64,000 bases of DNA. Source: Camelus ferus (lineage: Eukaryota). The first letter of the stretch is position 1. The number at the start of each line of letters is the position of its first letter. The notes beneath the pieces were generated by a model. It was given only the letters and a program-made list of their open reading frames with translations, was not told where the DNA came from and did not search any database. Below, one piece after another: positions 41,713-58,053 of this stretch. The position numbers and the translations under genes are program-made. The stretch spans positions 4,464,001-4,528,000 of the forward strand of contig NC_045698.1 of assembly GCF_009834535.1 (NCBI RefSeq). The letters run 5' to 3'.

Positions 41713-43439
41713 CTACAGAAGACCACGAACGGCAGGATTCTGTTTACAGGAAGCGTCCGGGGAGGGCAGGCCCGTCAGACAGAGGGCAGACCCGCGGTTC
41801 CCAGGGCAAGGCGGACAGGGAGTGACTGCACGTGTGCACGGGAGCTTCCTGAGGGGATGGAAATGCTCTAAGACAGGGCCGTGGGGAGGGACACACGGCG
41901 ACGCAGCGAAGTCACCAGCGCTCACCCAACTGCACACTTAGAACAAGTGAGCGTCATGGCCCATAAATGACAGCACGGCGGAGTAAAGCTGGTGAAGTGA
42001 GGGGCTGCACAGCCCCCCCAAGCACCCCAGAGAGGCTCCACAGCAAGGGCAGCCTGTCCACGACGCAGGGCGAGGGCCCCCAGAGCTCGGCCCCCCTTGG
42101 TTTCCAGACACACACCCGTGAGATGGTTTGTGTCTTCGTGCCTTTATGTCCAACATCCCAGAAGCAAAAAGCAACATTTAAAGTCAACTGTAGACATTTT
42201 TAAACATTCAGTTTTAGGCCCAAGTTAGCTTTCTATCAGGACTGCCCATCAGGACAATAGTCCTGTTTTAAAAACACTGGTCCACACTAGAACTATTACA
42301 AGAAGCTGTAAGCTGGGACCACTGCAGGAAATCTCTCAGATGAACGACCATCCACAGCCGCGGACAGAGCCGACAGCCTCGGGAGGAGGGAAATTCGACA
42401 AAGCTCCAAGCAAGCTGTGAAAAATGCAGGCGATCATGAAAGCAAAGCGCAAGAATCCCCAAGGTGGAGGCCCCACGGCGAGACACCCTCGACAGACACT
42501 CCCCTGACCGCCACTATTACACCCAAACAGTCTGGCTTTACACGCAGCACTAAGCAGCAGCCCAAGTGTCCAGAAGCTGGTCTCCTCCGCAGCACCGCCC
42601 GGCTCGGCGGTGCCTCCCTGCGGCACACGCGGGCCAGGAGCGGCTGGCGCTGGCCCAGCCTCCGCAGGCTGTGTATTGGCCACCCTTTCCCGGCTCCGCC
42701 CGAGGACTTCCAGGGGAGGACCACATTCCCTCCAGTCAAAATCCCCACAACCCAGAGGACAAGGCCCAGCAAAGGCCTACTCTCCGATGAAGCCGTGTCC
42801 ACGCACGATGCCTCTGACAGAGGAGAGCTGAGGCATCTACAGTGCGGTCTGAACAACCACGTGCAGAGAGACAGCGGTGAGAGCAACACTCAAGACGGGA
42901 AAGCCACCTGCCCGGTAAGAAAATAATCAAAGAGCAGGACACTCGGGGTTACGTTCACTGTGAAATGACACCACCCACAGTCTCCCTCACGTGCCTTCAG
43001 GAATAAAGTGCCAGCAAAGACGTGGAGATTATGACCATCCAAAACACGTGATTCAGAAATCATGTCTGTGTAAGTACAGCAAAACCAACAACACATTAAA
43101 CTCAGGTCTAAAGGATCCCACCAGTGCTAACAGTCAGAGGGCTGACGACACAGCACAGCTCGGTCAGCCGCGAGGAGAACCCCCCTGGAAGCCCAGATGG
43201 TCGTGGGTGCCGCCCCAGGAAATGCACACGTGTTTCAACTGTTACGTTTCAACTTGCTTCACACATAAGTAGAAAACTTTGTAGCATTCTATGCTGGAAA
43301 CGTAGTTAGTTTGAAATTTCCCATTATTTGCTTTAAGACGAATTTGATAGAAAAGGTTAATTTCAGTGAAAACAAAAGGAGAAATAATACTGAACATCAA
43401 AACGTGAAAACTGCTGTTTCAGAACATTTCATACAATCT

Positions 43440-44235
43440 GGTCCCTCAGTACAGACAGTGTGATAAGAACTCACACCCACTAGGATGGCTACTACCAAAC
43501 AAACAAACAGAAAACCAGCGCTGGTGTGGAGAAACTGGAACTCCTGTGCACTGTTGGTGGGAATGTAAATGGTGCAGCTGCTGTGGAAAACAGGAAGGTG
43601 GGCCCTCAAAAAGACAACACAGATATGCCAAAGGATGCAACAATTCCACTTGTGTATACCCCTGAAAGTCCCTGAGGGCAGGGACTCAAGGAGTCATCTG
43701 TGCACGTTCACAGCAGAGTTGCTCACAACAGCTAAAATGCGGGAGCAACCCAACTGTCCCTCGATAGATGAACGGATAAAGAAACCACGTTCTGTACAGA
43801 CAGTGGAGTACTTCCAGCCTTCTTTAGAAAGGAAGGACGTTCTGATACATGATATATGATATATGATACATGATATACGATACATGATATACATGATATA
43901 GAAAGGAAGGACATTCTGATACATGACATAATACGGATAAACCTCGAGGACGTTATCCTAAATGAAATGCGCTAGTCAGTCACAAAAAGACACACACTGC
44001 ATGCTTCCACTCGTGCGAGACCCCTAGAGTGGTCAAACTCAGAGACAGAACACAGCGGTGCGGAGGGGATACTGGGGAGTTGTTCAACGGGTCCAGAATT
44101 GCGGTTCTGCAAGATGAAGAGCTCTGGAAATTGCCTACACAACAATATGAATGTACTTAACACCGCTTAACTGTGTATTTAAAAATTGTTAAGATGGTAA
44201 ATTTAAAGTTATGTGCATTTTACCATCAAATTTAG
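43440..44235 (+). mobile_element. L1MB-type 3' end in NSUN2 intron 9 (antisense to the gene)
   Basis: cacacccactaggatggctact...gtgcactgttggtgggaatgtaaatggtgcagc...aagatggtaaatttaaagttatgtgcattttaccatc plus an A tail. Confidence 0.9.
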
Positions 44236-44483
44236 GGAAAAAAAAACAGTGCAATGAGGATCTGCTACAGTCTTTCAAGCTTAGAGAAGTAAAAAGGGCA
44301 AACCTTGTAATTCATGAAATACAACAAATACATTATATACATGTTTTAAATCAGGGATACCTCATTTTAGGGTTTATAGGCTAATCATATATGCAAATAT
44401 GGAAGAGGTCTACAGGAAAATACATTAGAGCAATTTAAAAGGCATTTTCAACAAATGTGTCCCTAAAATGTACACAGTATTCA

Positions 44484-44735
<252 letters not shown>

Positions 44736-45760
44736 TTACGGGCACCTATCACAGCATGTGTTTATCACAAATCCTATGACAGACTTAAGATATAAAATAC
44801 TCCAGACAAAACAAGTCCCATGTTAAAAAAAAAGAAAAAACCAAGCAAAACTTTAGGGTTCTAAACAAGTTAGAATAAACCTATACAAGATGTTCCACCT
44901 TAATTTTAAAAAAGCATCTATTTATATAAACACTGTTACTACTCTGTTAACCATTCCCAACACGTCAACAAGCAAAGCGTAAAGCTCATTAACAAGGAAC
45001 TCAATATACTGGCTCAATTCCACTATTTAAAAGGCCTCCATACTTATAAAATATTTGATTTTTTTTCTATGAATAGTTTGTATCCTGTAGTAATTCTATC
45101 CTAAATGCCTCTGTTTCTTGAAAACAGTAGTTAAGTTTTTAACAGAGAAACAAAATTTCCTCCTAGAGTTATTTATGGTGAATATTCATTAGTACACGTT
45201 ACATCACCCTGCCCTGAATTTGTATAATTTTAATGGTAAATGAGAAAAAAGAACACAGCTCTACAGACAGTACATTCAAAGCAGGTACTTTAAAAATCCC
45301 TGCACCCACAAAACACAGCAGCACACTAGAGGCATCACAGGAATTATCTTTGAGGTATAAGATTTTCTTTTCCCTTTAAACAAATTTTCTGTAAAGACAA
45401 CCAAAAAATATTTCTAGGAGATCAAAATGTTGAGCAAAATAATTTAACACAAAATAATTAAACATGAAGTGGAGAAATATTAGTAAGAAATGATCATTTC
45501 ATGGAAAGCATATTTGAAATGTTACAGGAAATTTTTATAAAAGGTGTTTTCAATAAATGTGTACCTAAAATGTACAGTCTTCAATTTACTACTCTTGAAA
45601 GGTTTTAGAAACAACTGACAAATAAGCAAACCCTCACAAAGGTGGCCACTGACTCTGTGGCTCGCGGTCGGGCAGCTGGAGTTCTGGGTGCTCAGGTAAC
45701 CACCTTCAACCTTCGCCACCTCTCAGCCCGACAGCGCTGCCAGGCATGCGGCCGCACTCA

Positions 45761-45961
<201 letters not shown>

Positions 45962-47619
45962 TCACAAACGACAATAAACTTTCTATTTCTGTTTTGGAGC
46001 CACTCTAATATACGTTAAACTTCCTAATTATACTTTGATTTCAATTCAGTAAGGAAATAAAGATTTGAGAAGGAAACCTCACTCAACACTTGAGAGAGTA
46101 ACTTGCTTCTATTTGAAATACTAGCAAAACAAACCTACAGACCCAGGACAAGAACCACGAATACATACAAAGCATTTGATCCTGCTACTTAGAAACTCAG
46201 CTAACCAACAGCAGCGTTTTAATCAGAATTACATGAATGATGATAAACTTACAAGGGACTTCCACAGCAAATTCAATTAAGCCAATTTAATTTCTTTACC
46301 AAGATATTTGTATATATCACAGTTAAACATTCTTAAATTTCTGTTTTTATTTAAAGGGGTGATTATGTCCATATACATTATAACACAGAGTTGATCAATT
46401 AATTGTTCTGTCCATGTCTGATTTTATCTACTGAGATTTTTTGGCATAATTCCTGTGTCTGCTGCCTTTCTCTGTAAAAGTCAATTTTCCTTGATTTCTA
46501 GCCACATGTCCTGAAGCTGAAGGGCCTGCAGGACGAACTGCCCTATGAGACATGAGGGCTTTCAAACGGCACCCCTGCTTGTCCTGCTTGTGTGGTGGTG
46601 GCTGGAACTCTACCATAATTTGAGGAATTTCTTCACCTCACAACTCAGAGCTCATGAGGTCATGTCATTCTCACAATATATTTCTGATCAACAGAATATA
46701 GTAGTGGGAAATTATCTGATCCAAAGGAAAGTGAAAAAACTGCAATCTCAAAAGAACAGAACGTAGCTCATGACTTCATCTGATTTTTCTGTAATGGGGA
46801 GTTCTCCCAGGCAATCGACACGTGGTCACACTCAGCGCTGCCAGCTACGACTTTCAAACTGAGCTCTGCCACCAGCAGTAAACCTGCCCCTTGTTTAAAT
46901 AAGATGGGATTTAATAACGATGGGTCAGATTTAAACCCTGGTTCATGTAACCAAGTCCTGTGGCAGCTCCTGTGCTACCGTCTCGACAAAGTCGTGTGTT
47001 CAGAAAGTATCAAACACTGCGACATCCCCGCCTACGCCACTGCCTCCAGGAACTTCACAGACGTCTTTAACATTCTTCTTTTCTTTTGGAAAAATTCAGC
47101 TATTCAGCTATGCCATGAAATTCTTTCATAGTTAAGCTATAAACATCCAAAATTAGTATGAAAAATTTAACAAAAGGTATGTGTACAAATACACATGAGT
47201 TTTCCCAAGGTCTGACCTCCTGAACTGCACTGTGCCAAATAGCATGAGACCGACCATCAGAACCCAACGTGATCACGTATGAGTCATGGCCAAGCGCCGT
47301 CCATCCTCACTGCAAGTCCGACGATTACACTCCCCGGGACGAGCAGGTCACTGGCAGCACCAACACCAAGACGCCCCTGACCAGAGCGTACGATGCTACC
47401 TCCCCTCAGGTGTTTTCTTTCTCTCTCTTCTAAGACTATCAAAACCACCTCTTTCCGATCTCTTTGTTCTGTGTTGTCAGCTGTCCAGTTTATCACTGAA
47501 GCCCAGTGTCTGTCTTCTGATTTAGGCTCACAATATCTCTCTCTTCAAGTCAGTTGCCCCAAGATTCATACATGCAATTACCTGAGTGTTCTGTTCACGT
47601 GTAGCTTCATTTTAGACTA

Positions 47620-47886
<267 letters not shown>

Positions 47887-48945
47887 TCAGGTGAAAGGCA
47901 GTGTGAGCGGAACAACTCCCTGAAGTACCTAACCTAGGTCAGCAGGTGAGAAGGGCAACCCACCAAACCTAAGACCGAGCTTAAGATTTACTATAACTAC
48001 AGAAGCAGTCCAGAAGGAGCCAGGTGGCTCGGCGTGAATCTTACAGCCACTTAAAATTTCAAAACTTCAGAATTCATCTGTTCAACAATTATTCGCTTTG
48101 TACCAATTATTGTGCCAAAAATGACTTTTCTATTACTAGTAATAAGTAAAAAGGAGGGTGAAGAGAGAAAGATGTGGAAGACAACCGCATCAGTGACAAA
48201 TGATTACAACAGTGCATGTGTGCTGGGCTCTGTCCTAGACTCCGTGCATCAGACCCACGGGGCGGGGCCGAGGCTCCGCGAGGCCCCGCGTCAGCCTGCT
48301 GGGGGTGGGGGGCGGGTCAGCACCCGGGCTAAGGGCACTGCTGGCAGGTTTGCTGAGCACCGCCTCCGTCACCACCAGTAAAAAGGCAGATGACAAACAT
48401 GCCTAATAATGTTTTGATCAATAGGACTTTTCAAACAATATGAAACATAAAATATTAATAATAGGACGAAGCTCTCTTCTACCAATTCTGGAGAAAGCAC
48501 TTAAAAGTAGGGAAGAATACAGAAAACTTTTTAGGAAAGATTTACCACAGTAAAGAGGACTTTTGAAAAAACACAGCCAATAAGCATTAAAGCAGAACTA
48601 GAGCAGCTGGCCAGAAAAAAAGGCAGCAGGAGGGGACAAGGGTAGACTGAAGCATTAGAAGACTAACGCCGCCACGAACAGCTACGCTCCTTACAAGGAT
48701 CCCTAGAGGAGCATCAGCGGCACTGTCAGCTGCCGTTCCCTGAGCACTTCGCAACCTCACATGCTGTCCTGCAAGCTCAGGCCTGAGGCCCCACGTCACT
48801 ACAACAAAGGCCCCCTCCCCACAGTGACGCGTGGCCCGAGTACGAGTGACGGGGCGCACAGCGTCCAGCTCTACCTTCAGAGACCGAAAACCCGCCTGCT
48901 TGACACAGGAGGCGCCAGGCCATGTTATGCCCGTTTCCTTGTCTA

Positions 48946-49122
<177 letters not shown>

Positions 49123-49454
49123 TTAAATTTATAACAACTTAACATTATTTTTTCATTTCTATTTGAAGACTTAAATACATTTCTTCATACAATGAATTTA
49201 GAGCACGTTATACTTACCTTACAGGGCTCTCATGATATATAATGCCCCCAAACCACAGAAGGACAGATAGGGGACTCCATAGGGGACAGGAAGACAATGG
49301 CCCTTAATGGCCGATTAAGTGAACACAGGAAACCCAGGATGAGCACAGACAGCAAACGCGAGCAGCACGGTCACATAACACCAAGGCGCAGAGCTGGCTG
49401 GGCTCACGTCTCAGCTCAGCCTCGGACGACGAGCTCGGCACCCGAGGCCAGTTC

Positions 49455-49580
49455 CCTCCACTTTCCTCTGCCACCTTCACCCCATCTGGAAAAATGGGGA
49501 CGGTGGCAGCATCTTCTCTCACAGGGATGTGCGCGTAATAAAGCGAACTCATTAGTCGAAAGAACCCAGAGCACTGCTCT
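49455..49580 (+). mobile_element. MIR remnant in NSUN2 intron 5
   Basis: cttcaccccatctggaaaaatggggac...cacagggatgtgcgcgtaataaag. Confidence 0.55.
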
Positions 49581-49827
49581 CCATACATGTGATTTTCAAC
49601 CTGACTTAGTCAATCAGGAACACTGAGGACAATCTGGGTAGTAGGTAAACAAATGAATAAACTTGAACAGCTATCTGAGTTGCAAAAATTGCAAAAGGAA
49701 CTTAAATTAAATATGTATCACTCTCCATTATACCCAAAGCAAAAAGGGGCAAAAAAGATGATATTAAGGAAAAAAGGTCTCAACAAAACACAGACCCTGG
49801 CAGCAGCTTACCCACTGCGATTTTCTA

Positions 49828-49932
<105 letters not shown>

Positions 49933-50609
49933 TTAAAAACCAGCTGTGACATTCAAAAAGGCGAAAATTTCAATACTGGGCATTATTTCCAACGCAATAG
50001 GAAAAAACCACAGAGTCATACACAGAACAGAACAGTCAGTACTGTCACACAAACAGTAAATAAGACAGATCTGTACACTTGTGGATAAACGGCTGCTGCC
50101 TAAAGGCTAAGTAAGGATGATGATGGATACCAAAACTTAGCATCAGAATGTTAGAAGTTCGAGTGTGACAACCAAGTTCTGTAAAAGAAAGTACAGCAGC
50201 TGGATGAGCATCTCAAGGGCAGGCGATGCTACTGAAACACCTTCAACCGCAGGGAGCAGCCCCAGGGGCCCAGCACAGAAGGTCACTGTCAGGGCGCTTT
50301 CCATCCTGGCTGAAGCCCTAACTTCTATTTGTAGTCTCCTGTTCCCGGGAACAGCTCATGCCTGCCTCCTGTTCCCGAGAAGTGCCTCTCAGAAGGATGA
50401 AGACATCAACCACTGCTCCTCTCCTTCCTCGTGGAGGACAAGCAGCACTGAACCGACCATCCTCCCCACCTTCACTGCAGGGTCAGCAGGTCTGTTAAAA
50501 TGTACGACTGTTCAGATTCAGACAAATTTTCTTGGTGAAATCCAGCACTTGTCTCAACCACAACTCTATTTTAACAGCCTTAGGACTGAACATTTAAAAA
50601 AAAAAAAAG

Positions 50610-52030
50610 CTGTGAAAACCACCTGAACCACCAGGCTTCAGCTCTATTACAATCTGGGTCTCCTGCACTTGAACAGCCATCCAAGCCGCGTCACTCACCT
50701 GATACTTCGCAATTGGCTATCGGAACCTAAACACAGGCTTCCTTCCAGTCACACCCGTTAATTTTCACCTCATGGGTTTCTGGCCAGCAAAGCACCTTTG
50801 TGACGATTAAACTGTGATGGACTCGGCAGGCACTGATTCCAAGCTCTGGGTTATACTTGTGATTCTGATAAGCCTGCCTTCTGTTTTCACCCAAGTTTTC
50901 AATTAACGCATTAACGGGGGATGGGGCTGTTGGGCCCTTGGCTAGACACCCTGGCAGTCAGTCACTGCATTCATAAACGCTCTCTGCAGCCAGGTCTCAA
51001 TAACCCAGAAAGTATCTCATCCTGCTGACTCCAGTCAAAAATCTGGACAGGTTCCCTATAACACACGTCCCAATGCTAAACTCCCGTGTCCTACACCTTT
51101 CAGAGCTGCCCCAACCTGGCTCTGCACAAGCTGCCCGACTATGCATGCCCCTGCCCTCTGCAAGCCGTCTGCTCTTTTGAAGTCCAAACCTAAACTGTTC
51201 TCCGACAGCTCACATATCCCTACCCGACCCTCCAACTAGTTGTAGAGCTGAGCCAGAGAACCCCTCCTGTGTGGGCCCAAGTACAGAGCCGCTGCGTGGA
51301 GGTGCTGAGGTCCGTTTATTCCTTACCTTGGGGAGGGGAGGGGAGTGGAGGCAGAAAACCGGGCAGAGGAGCCTGGAAAGCCACACCAAGCGGAAACGGC
51401 CGTGGACTGAGCAGACGTTAGACCTGAGTGAGGGGAGGGTCTCTAAGCTGGTTACTGTGTCAAGGGAAGGAAGGCGGGGAGCACACCAGTCCTGTTGGGG
51501 TGAAGACGGCAGCTCAGAGTGGGAAAGAAATTAAAGACTGCCTGGTGACACACAGAGGCTTCCTTGGCTAGGAAAAGGAGATCAGAGAACAGGAAGGGGG
51601 AGCTTCTGATTTTAAATATGAGACTATTAAGAATCCCCAAGAAAAGAAACTGCAAAGCTCACAACATCCAAACCTGACAGGCATTCATTCGATCATGTAC
51701 CGCGTGAGGGGACAGTTACTTTGTTGGGGAAGATTTGATGCTAAAGGTGAGAAGTTCAGTGTCTGAACTGCAATCAAGGACTTTGTATGGCAAAGGAGTT
51801 GGGGTGAAGACAGATAATGGCTTTGTGAGAACCAAAGTTGTCACAATTGGGTGTTGTTTGTTTGGCAAAGGTGGAATTAGACAAGAGCAGGAAAAAACAG
51901 AAATGTTAAAAATGAGTTTAAGTCTCACTTTAATAAAACAACACAGCCCTAAAAATGTATTACTTTTTCTGCAGGAATGGCAGCCAGCCGGCAGGCGCAC
52001 CTAACCGAAGGATGTGAGGGGGAAAGAGCA
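50610..52030. mobile_element. Possible degenerate LTR remnant(s) in NSUN2 intron 4
   Basis: Starts tgtgaaaacc after an A run; an antisense AATAAA sits at 51316-51321. Family not recognised. Confidence 0.3.
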
Positions 52031-52329
52031 GCGGCTCCTCAGTGAGACCCCACCCAGCAGAGCACTGCTCCCACCTCAGGGCGGCAGTCACCCAAACCCA
52101 GACTGGCTAGAAACAAAAAGCCACACAGACAACTGTGATGGCGCCCTCCCGACATCTCATGATTAGATGAGCCAAACAAAAAACAGCTATGCAAATGATC
52201 AGAAGTGAGGGGCACACACACTCACAGGTGTATCTCTGCATGCCCTTATCTACCTAATTGCTCCCAGTGGCAAGTATGATCCAAATGAAACCATGACACT
52301 AGTGTGCATTTAAAGCTTCAAGGAAACCA

Positions 52330-52574
52330 GGGTGGGCAGGGATAAACTGGGAGGTCGGGGTTTGAAGAGACACACTAATATATACATAAAATAGATAAAA
52401 CAACAGGGTCATACTATATAGCGCAAGAAACTATAACTAATACTTTGTAATGGCCTGTGATGAAAATGAATATGAAAAGGGATTATATATGCATAAATGA
52501 ATCACTATGCTGTACACCAGAAATTAACACATTATAAATCAACTGTACTTCAATAAAAAAAATAAAATAAAATT
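52330..52574 (+). mobile_element. 5'-truncated young L1 3' end with a perfect 17-bp TSD
   Basis: aagcttcaaggaaacca at both 52313-52329 and 52575-52591. Body gggataaactgggagg...gctgtacaccagaaattaacac...aactgtacttcaataaaaaaaataaaataaaa. Confidence 0.93.
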
Positions 52575-52600
52575 AAGCTTCAAGGAAACCAACAAATCTA

Positions 52601-52774
<174 letters not shown>

Positions 52775-55700
52775 TCACATCTTTTTGCTTATACAAGTCA
52801 TAAACCAAGTGAGACACTCAAGTGTGTCCTGCCCACTGCCCCCTCAGCCCTCTCGAGCAGCCAGCAGCACTGAGTGATGTCACTGGGGCACAGGAGCAGG
52901 GTTCCGACTGTATCACGTATCTGCTGGGGGGTGGGGAGGGCAGAAACAGAGCCTGGGGGGTTATATGAGACATAAACACATGATATGACTGAGAAATTAT
53001 AGTAATAAACGTTCAAGATCAGATGAAAAAGTGGAGACACCTCTGCTCTCCACTGTGGTAAGCTACCAGCATAGAGGTCAACAGGAGACATCAGATGACG
53101 AATTAAAGTGCAGATCACACAGAATCAAAGCAGTGCCATAGGGCAGGTGTCAGAATGTCTGACAAACACCTGCCTGCAATCTCTGTTACTACATTTTTCA
53201 CTATTTCCAAAGCAAACCAGTCCAGCCACGTATTGAAACATTTTACACACCAAAAAACCCTGCAAATCATCAATGTACTAACTTGAGCTCCAAGGTTGCT
53301 GTTTATACACAAAGCATCTCCTGTCATTTCTGTGACTTTATCTGAACTTTATAAATGATGACGTCACTGATTAGGAAATGTGTGCTTGCACCTGTCCTCT
53401 GGGCTCCACCTGCACATGCAGCATACTGACAGGACACACGGGGCCACGCCGAGCATCCCATGGCACTCGGTGACAAATCTCACTGCCCCTATTGTTAAGC
53501 CTGAGGTTTGACGGTGAGCTCAATTTAACAATGCAAGGTCACCATGTTTCCACGTGCTAAGGGGACATCCATAAAAATGAAACCAGAACGTTTGAAAAAT
53601 ACACATCTGACTGCTCTGAAAGTTTGAGTGACTGACAGAAACAAACTCAGGTTTAAGATGTGAAGACATGCTCGACTGTCATGATGTTACAAGATACATC
53701 TGAAAAGTGCTTTCTACCAAATAATGATGGTTAAACTGGCTGAATCTGCTAACGGCTACCCTCCAACTGTCCCAGAGCTTTTAACTGGTTCCCTCTTCAA
53801 TATTTAACCTGTTTCAAAATTACAAAATCAAAATGCAATCACAGTTATCAGGCAATTAAAGAGTGTCACTTTAAATACTCGCTTTGGCCTCACTAAAGGT
53901 GAATGGCTCCAGCTGCAGGGCTGCGAGGAGCCCGGCGTCCAGATGCAACCTTTGCTGACAAACACCTGCTTTTATCTGATACCTGGCAACCTTGGACTGT
54001 CTGTGACCAAAGACAGCACACATGGGGTCACTACCTTCCCAAACCAGCACAACACCTTAATTTGAATGTCACCTATGATTATTTACTGCACCTCCCTCGA
54101 TTTTCATTTTCAAATACAGACAGCAGTCTAAGATATAACTTGAGCCAACAGTTCCATAGATGCCTTACAGGTTGAATTTCTAGGAGCTAAAATGTAAACT
54201 TTCTATTATAAGATTAAAATTCTATTGTAAGTTGTTATGATTGTGAAAGCTGTTAATCTTTTGAAAAAATATCTGAGAACTTTCAAACAGTTAAATACAA
54301 ATACAGGCTGATAGGTAAAATAAAAAAGTGTATTTCTTATGCAGCTTTACGAGTAAGTTTTGAGCTAACAAATGTTTAATAAAATCTCTGCAGGTTTAAA
54401 CATCAAATAATCTTTAAAAAACTATGTTTATAGTTACATAATTCAAATTTAGCTCTTGAGCTTTAAAATCCTATTTGGAAACTTGTCATGTCTTTCAAGA
54501 ATAAATTAAAAGCACCACTGTCACCTTTAAACCTCAAAAATTATGGGAAAAAAGTCTTTCTAAGTATATACAGCATCTATGACAAACCATCTTCAATCCG
54601 AAAATTAAAAAGAACTTAAACAGAACGACAGTAAGGTTATGTTCTCAACAACTGATTGTCAAAACAAGGCCTTTAAAACATGCTTTAGGGTAGTTTTCTT
54701 ACAGATCCTAGTCTATTGAAAGTAAGAAAAAAAACGAAATCTTCCCAAGTTATGAGTCCTATACGTAACATTCCTTCTAGAAAACATGGTTCCCAAAAAA
54801 TATTTCTCCTGTATTATATTCTGCTAGGTATCAAAAGTTTAAAAGAATATTATGTGACCTAGTTCTGTTTTGAACAATACAGAAAACCACTATAGGTCTT
54901 CAGTTTCTGCTTTACTTGCTCACTGATTTATGGGTAGCCTACACTTGACTAGTGAATTTGACTGAATAAATGTTTATAGAATAAAACCATCACATGATTG
55001 TCACAGATAATGGGAACAGGTGAGTATTAGGGACCCAAATCATACAATCTGTTGCTCCCACACTTCAGCTGTGTGTTCAGAAAATTAAAGCAACAGTAAC
55101 GTGCAGAGAATGACCGGCCACTGGAGAGATTCACCGGCAGTCTTCAACCACGAACACCCGCAGGGCCTTTCCAAGAGGTCCGGGAGTTGACCTGTTCTGT
55201 ACCCAGACCCAAAGTTCACTCAAGAGGGAAAAATAGCTGTAAAATGAGATGAATAAACCAAAGTTTAACTGTAATTTGAAGAATAAAAACAGTGAGACCA
55301 ATATCCAAATTTGTTGGAAACCCACAAAAGAAAATTCCACAGGGACGCTCCCAGAGAGGCACCTCCTTCCCACAGGAGGCATGTTTCCAGCTCCTCCCCC
55401 TGCTCAGATGCAGAGGATGGTCAGAGACTCCCCTCACTGGAAAAGCCATCCTTCCGGACCCAAGGTCTAAGGAATAAATGTTCTCAGGTGACAGTGTGAG
55501 GCGGCAAACAGAAGCAAGAGTATTAGAAATGGAAATGTGCACCAAGACAGCCTCAAACCTACTTCTGAAAATATCAGACGATCACTACTTCAAGTGCCAG
55601 CACCACCAATCAAATCTGCAAAACATGGCCTGGGAGAGGTGCTCAGCCTATAACCCGGTTACCCTGGGGGGAAGCGGCTCACCACGTGAGGGCTGCCTCA

Positions 55701-56699
55701 CCTGGCACGGCTGCAAGCACAGCAGCTGGAAAGGTCTCTTCCTTCCCCCCGGTCTCAGCACAGCGGACACGCGGCACGTGGCCACCAGGAGCCGCCTAGC
55801 ACCTCAGTCATTTTCCTGCGCTCTAACGATTAAGCTTTTAAAACCTAGCTAAAATGTTTGACCAAAAAAAAAAAAAAACCATCATGAAATTTTTCGGCTC
55901 AATACTGCAGACTTATTCCTTCTCCAGAAATGCATTCTACAATGGGACATCTGGCCTTTGAGCATTCATTCAAAACGTGTATGCTATACACATCTGATAC
56001 GGACACTGCAATTCAAATAGCCAACAAAAGAATGAAAAGCAAGCAAAGCTATAACCCACATTAATGAGAACCTGACCTTGGTCTATGATCACTAACGGGT
56101 ATCCAAAGAGGACACACAGCATCAAACACTTGAATAGTCAAAACCTCCAAAGCTGCCAGGAAATGCTGGTTAAATCCACCTTTTACAGCAATCACTTGAA
56201 ATACTTTGTTGTTGTTTTGTGAGGACTCTCAATACCTCAAAGTTGATATACCGAAATGTGGAACTAAAACAATTTACTTTAATGACTTCTCTATTTATAA
56301 ATTAACCCAGGGCTTGACATGTCTTTGGTTTGTGCTTGACTATGCCAAGCCTTTTACAAGACAGAAGAGGCTGCCTTCACACAACTGAGACCTGAATCGG
56401 ACCATGAAAAACAAGCAACCCACGGGACACTTACTGGACAGTAAAAAATAAAAAGGGGGGTTAGCCGGGAGGGCAGGAGTATGCCCGGGCCCTGGGGACA
56501 GTAGACAGAATTGGCTGAAGCAGCCCTGGTGACTCTTTGCCAGGTTAAGGGCTGCGAACTGATTTTTAATCAAGCGATTCCTACTCATCTCAAATGACTT
56601 TAGGCTACGTTAAGTAGTTCGAAATGGAGTGGCCGAAGTTCGTGAACCGCCGTGATGACCGTTTGGAACAGAAGGGGCAACTGATAGAAAAAAGACCCC

Positions 56700-57062
56700 C
56701 GGGTGTAACCAATTACACTCACTGATGGACTCTAAGACACTGAGGCAAGGCTTGAAGGCTCAGTCACAAGACCTGATCCTGGGAGGCCAAGGAGCTGCTC
56801 CAGATAGACAGATGCTGCTGGAGGCACTGTTGGAGCAGGCTTCCCACTCACACCTGCCTCCAGACCCAGTACAGGACAGGGGATCAGCACTTATGCCAAG
56901 ACGTCTCCTTCCCAGATGCCTCTTCAGAATGGCTCGTCACTTCCTTTCCTTTTCCTATTTCTGGGACTAACCTCTGCTGTATTGGGTGGGGGCGTGCAAT
57001 AAACCAAGTGATTCGTAAATTCAATGCTGGCTGCACTCTGTTTCCCACCCCAGGACCCTTAC
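56700..57062 (+). mobile_element. Probable old solo LTR in NSUN2 intron 3
   Basis: AATAAA at 56998-57003 followed by a U5-like tract ending ...ggacccttac. Confidence 0.45.
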
Positions 57063-57425
57063 GGCCTTACTGCCAGGCCCTGCAACAAAACATTAAATCT
57101 CCAGCAGTTCCGATGTGAAGACACGGGGTTTAAATGGAAATGGTGGAAATGGTAACATCCAGGAAGGAAAGAGGCTGGATTGACTTGGAAAAATTAACTG
57201 AACCCAAGACTTTACATAGAGTGCTGCAAATCACATATGAAAACTTGCACCCCAGAGTGAAGTAACAGCAATAAAAATCACTGGGAAAAAAGAACAAGAG
57301 AATGTCTGGAAAGTATATTTAGGTCCTTTCATGTCAATGTTAAACACATTACCAAGAAATATATTCAAGTGCCAAAATTAAAATCCCACAGAAATATCGA
57401 GAAGGATGAAGCCTTGTTATACTCA

Positions 57426-57557
<132 letters not shown>

Positions 57558-58053
57558 TCAACCTGAAAAGCTAATTTAATATTTTATTTTTTTGTAAATT
57601 TAAATTTTTAAGCATTTTAAAACTAAAACCATCTCTGTGTGCAGAGAAAACATTCTTCAATCTCTGCTCTTTTACTCTATTCGCTCACAGCTTAAACAAC
57701 CTTCCTTTTTCGATCACTAAAAGGTGATAAGCTAAATACTGTCCTACTGCATTTCTTCCCTCCTGACCATTCCAAGCGTCATTTTTACTTGCAGGTCATT
57801 TTTAGAAGACATAACTGAAAGCATACACTGTAACTTACACATTCAAGACCCAGAAGGCAGAAACAAAGTGACTAACCAAGACCCCCAAAGCTTGCTCTGC
57901 AGAAGCCCAGGGGAACCACAGATGTGGAAACAATATGTTAATGGCCCCTTTGCATTTAAGGGACTGAAATAACCCAAAGTAAACTTCACAGATGTCACAG
58001 ACTGAAAATACACTGCATGTACCAGACAGAACTCTCCATCCCGAATTTGCACA

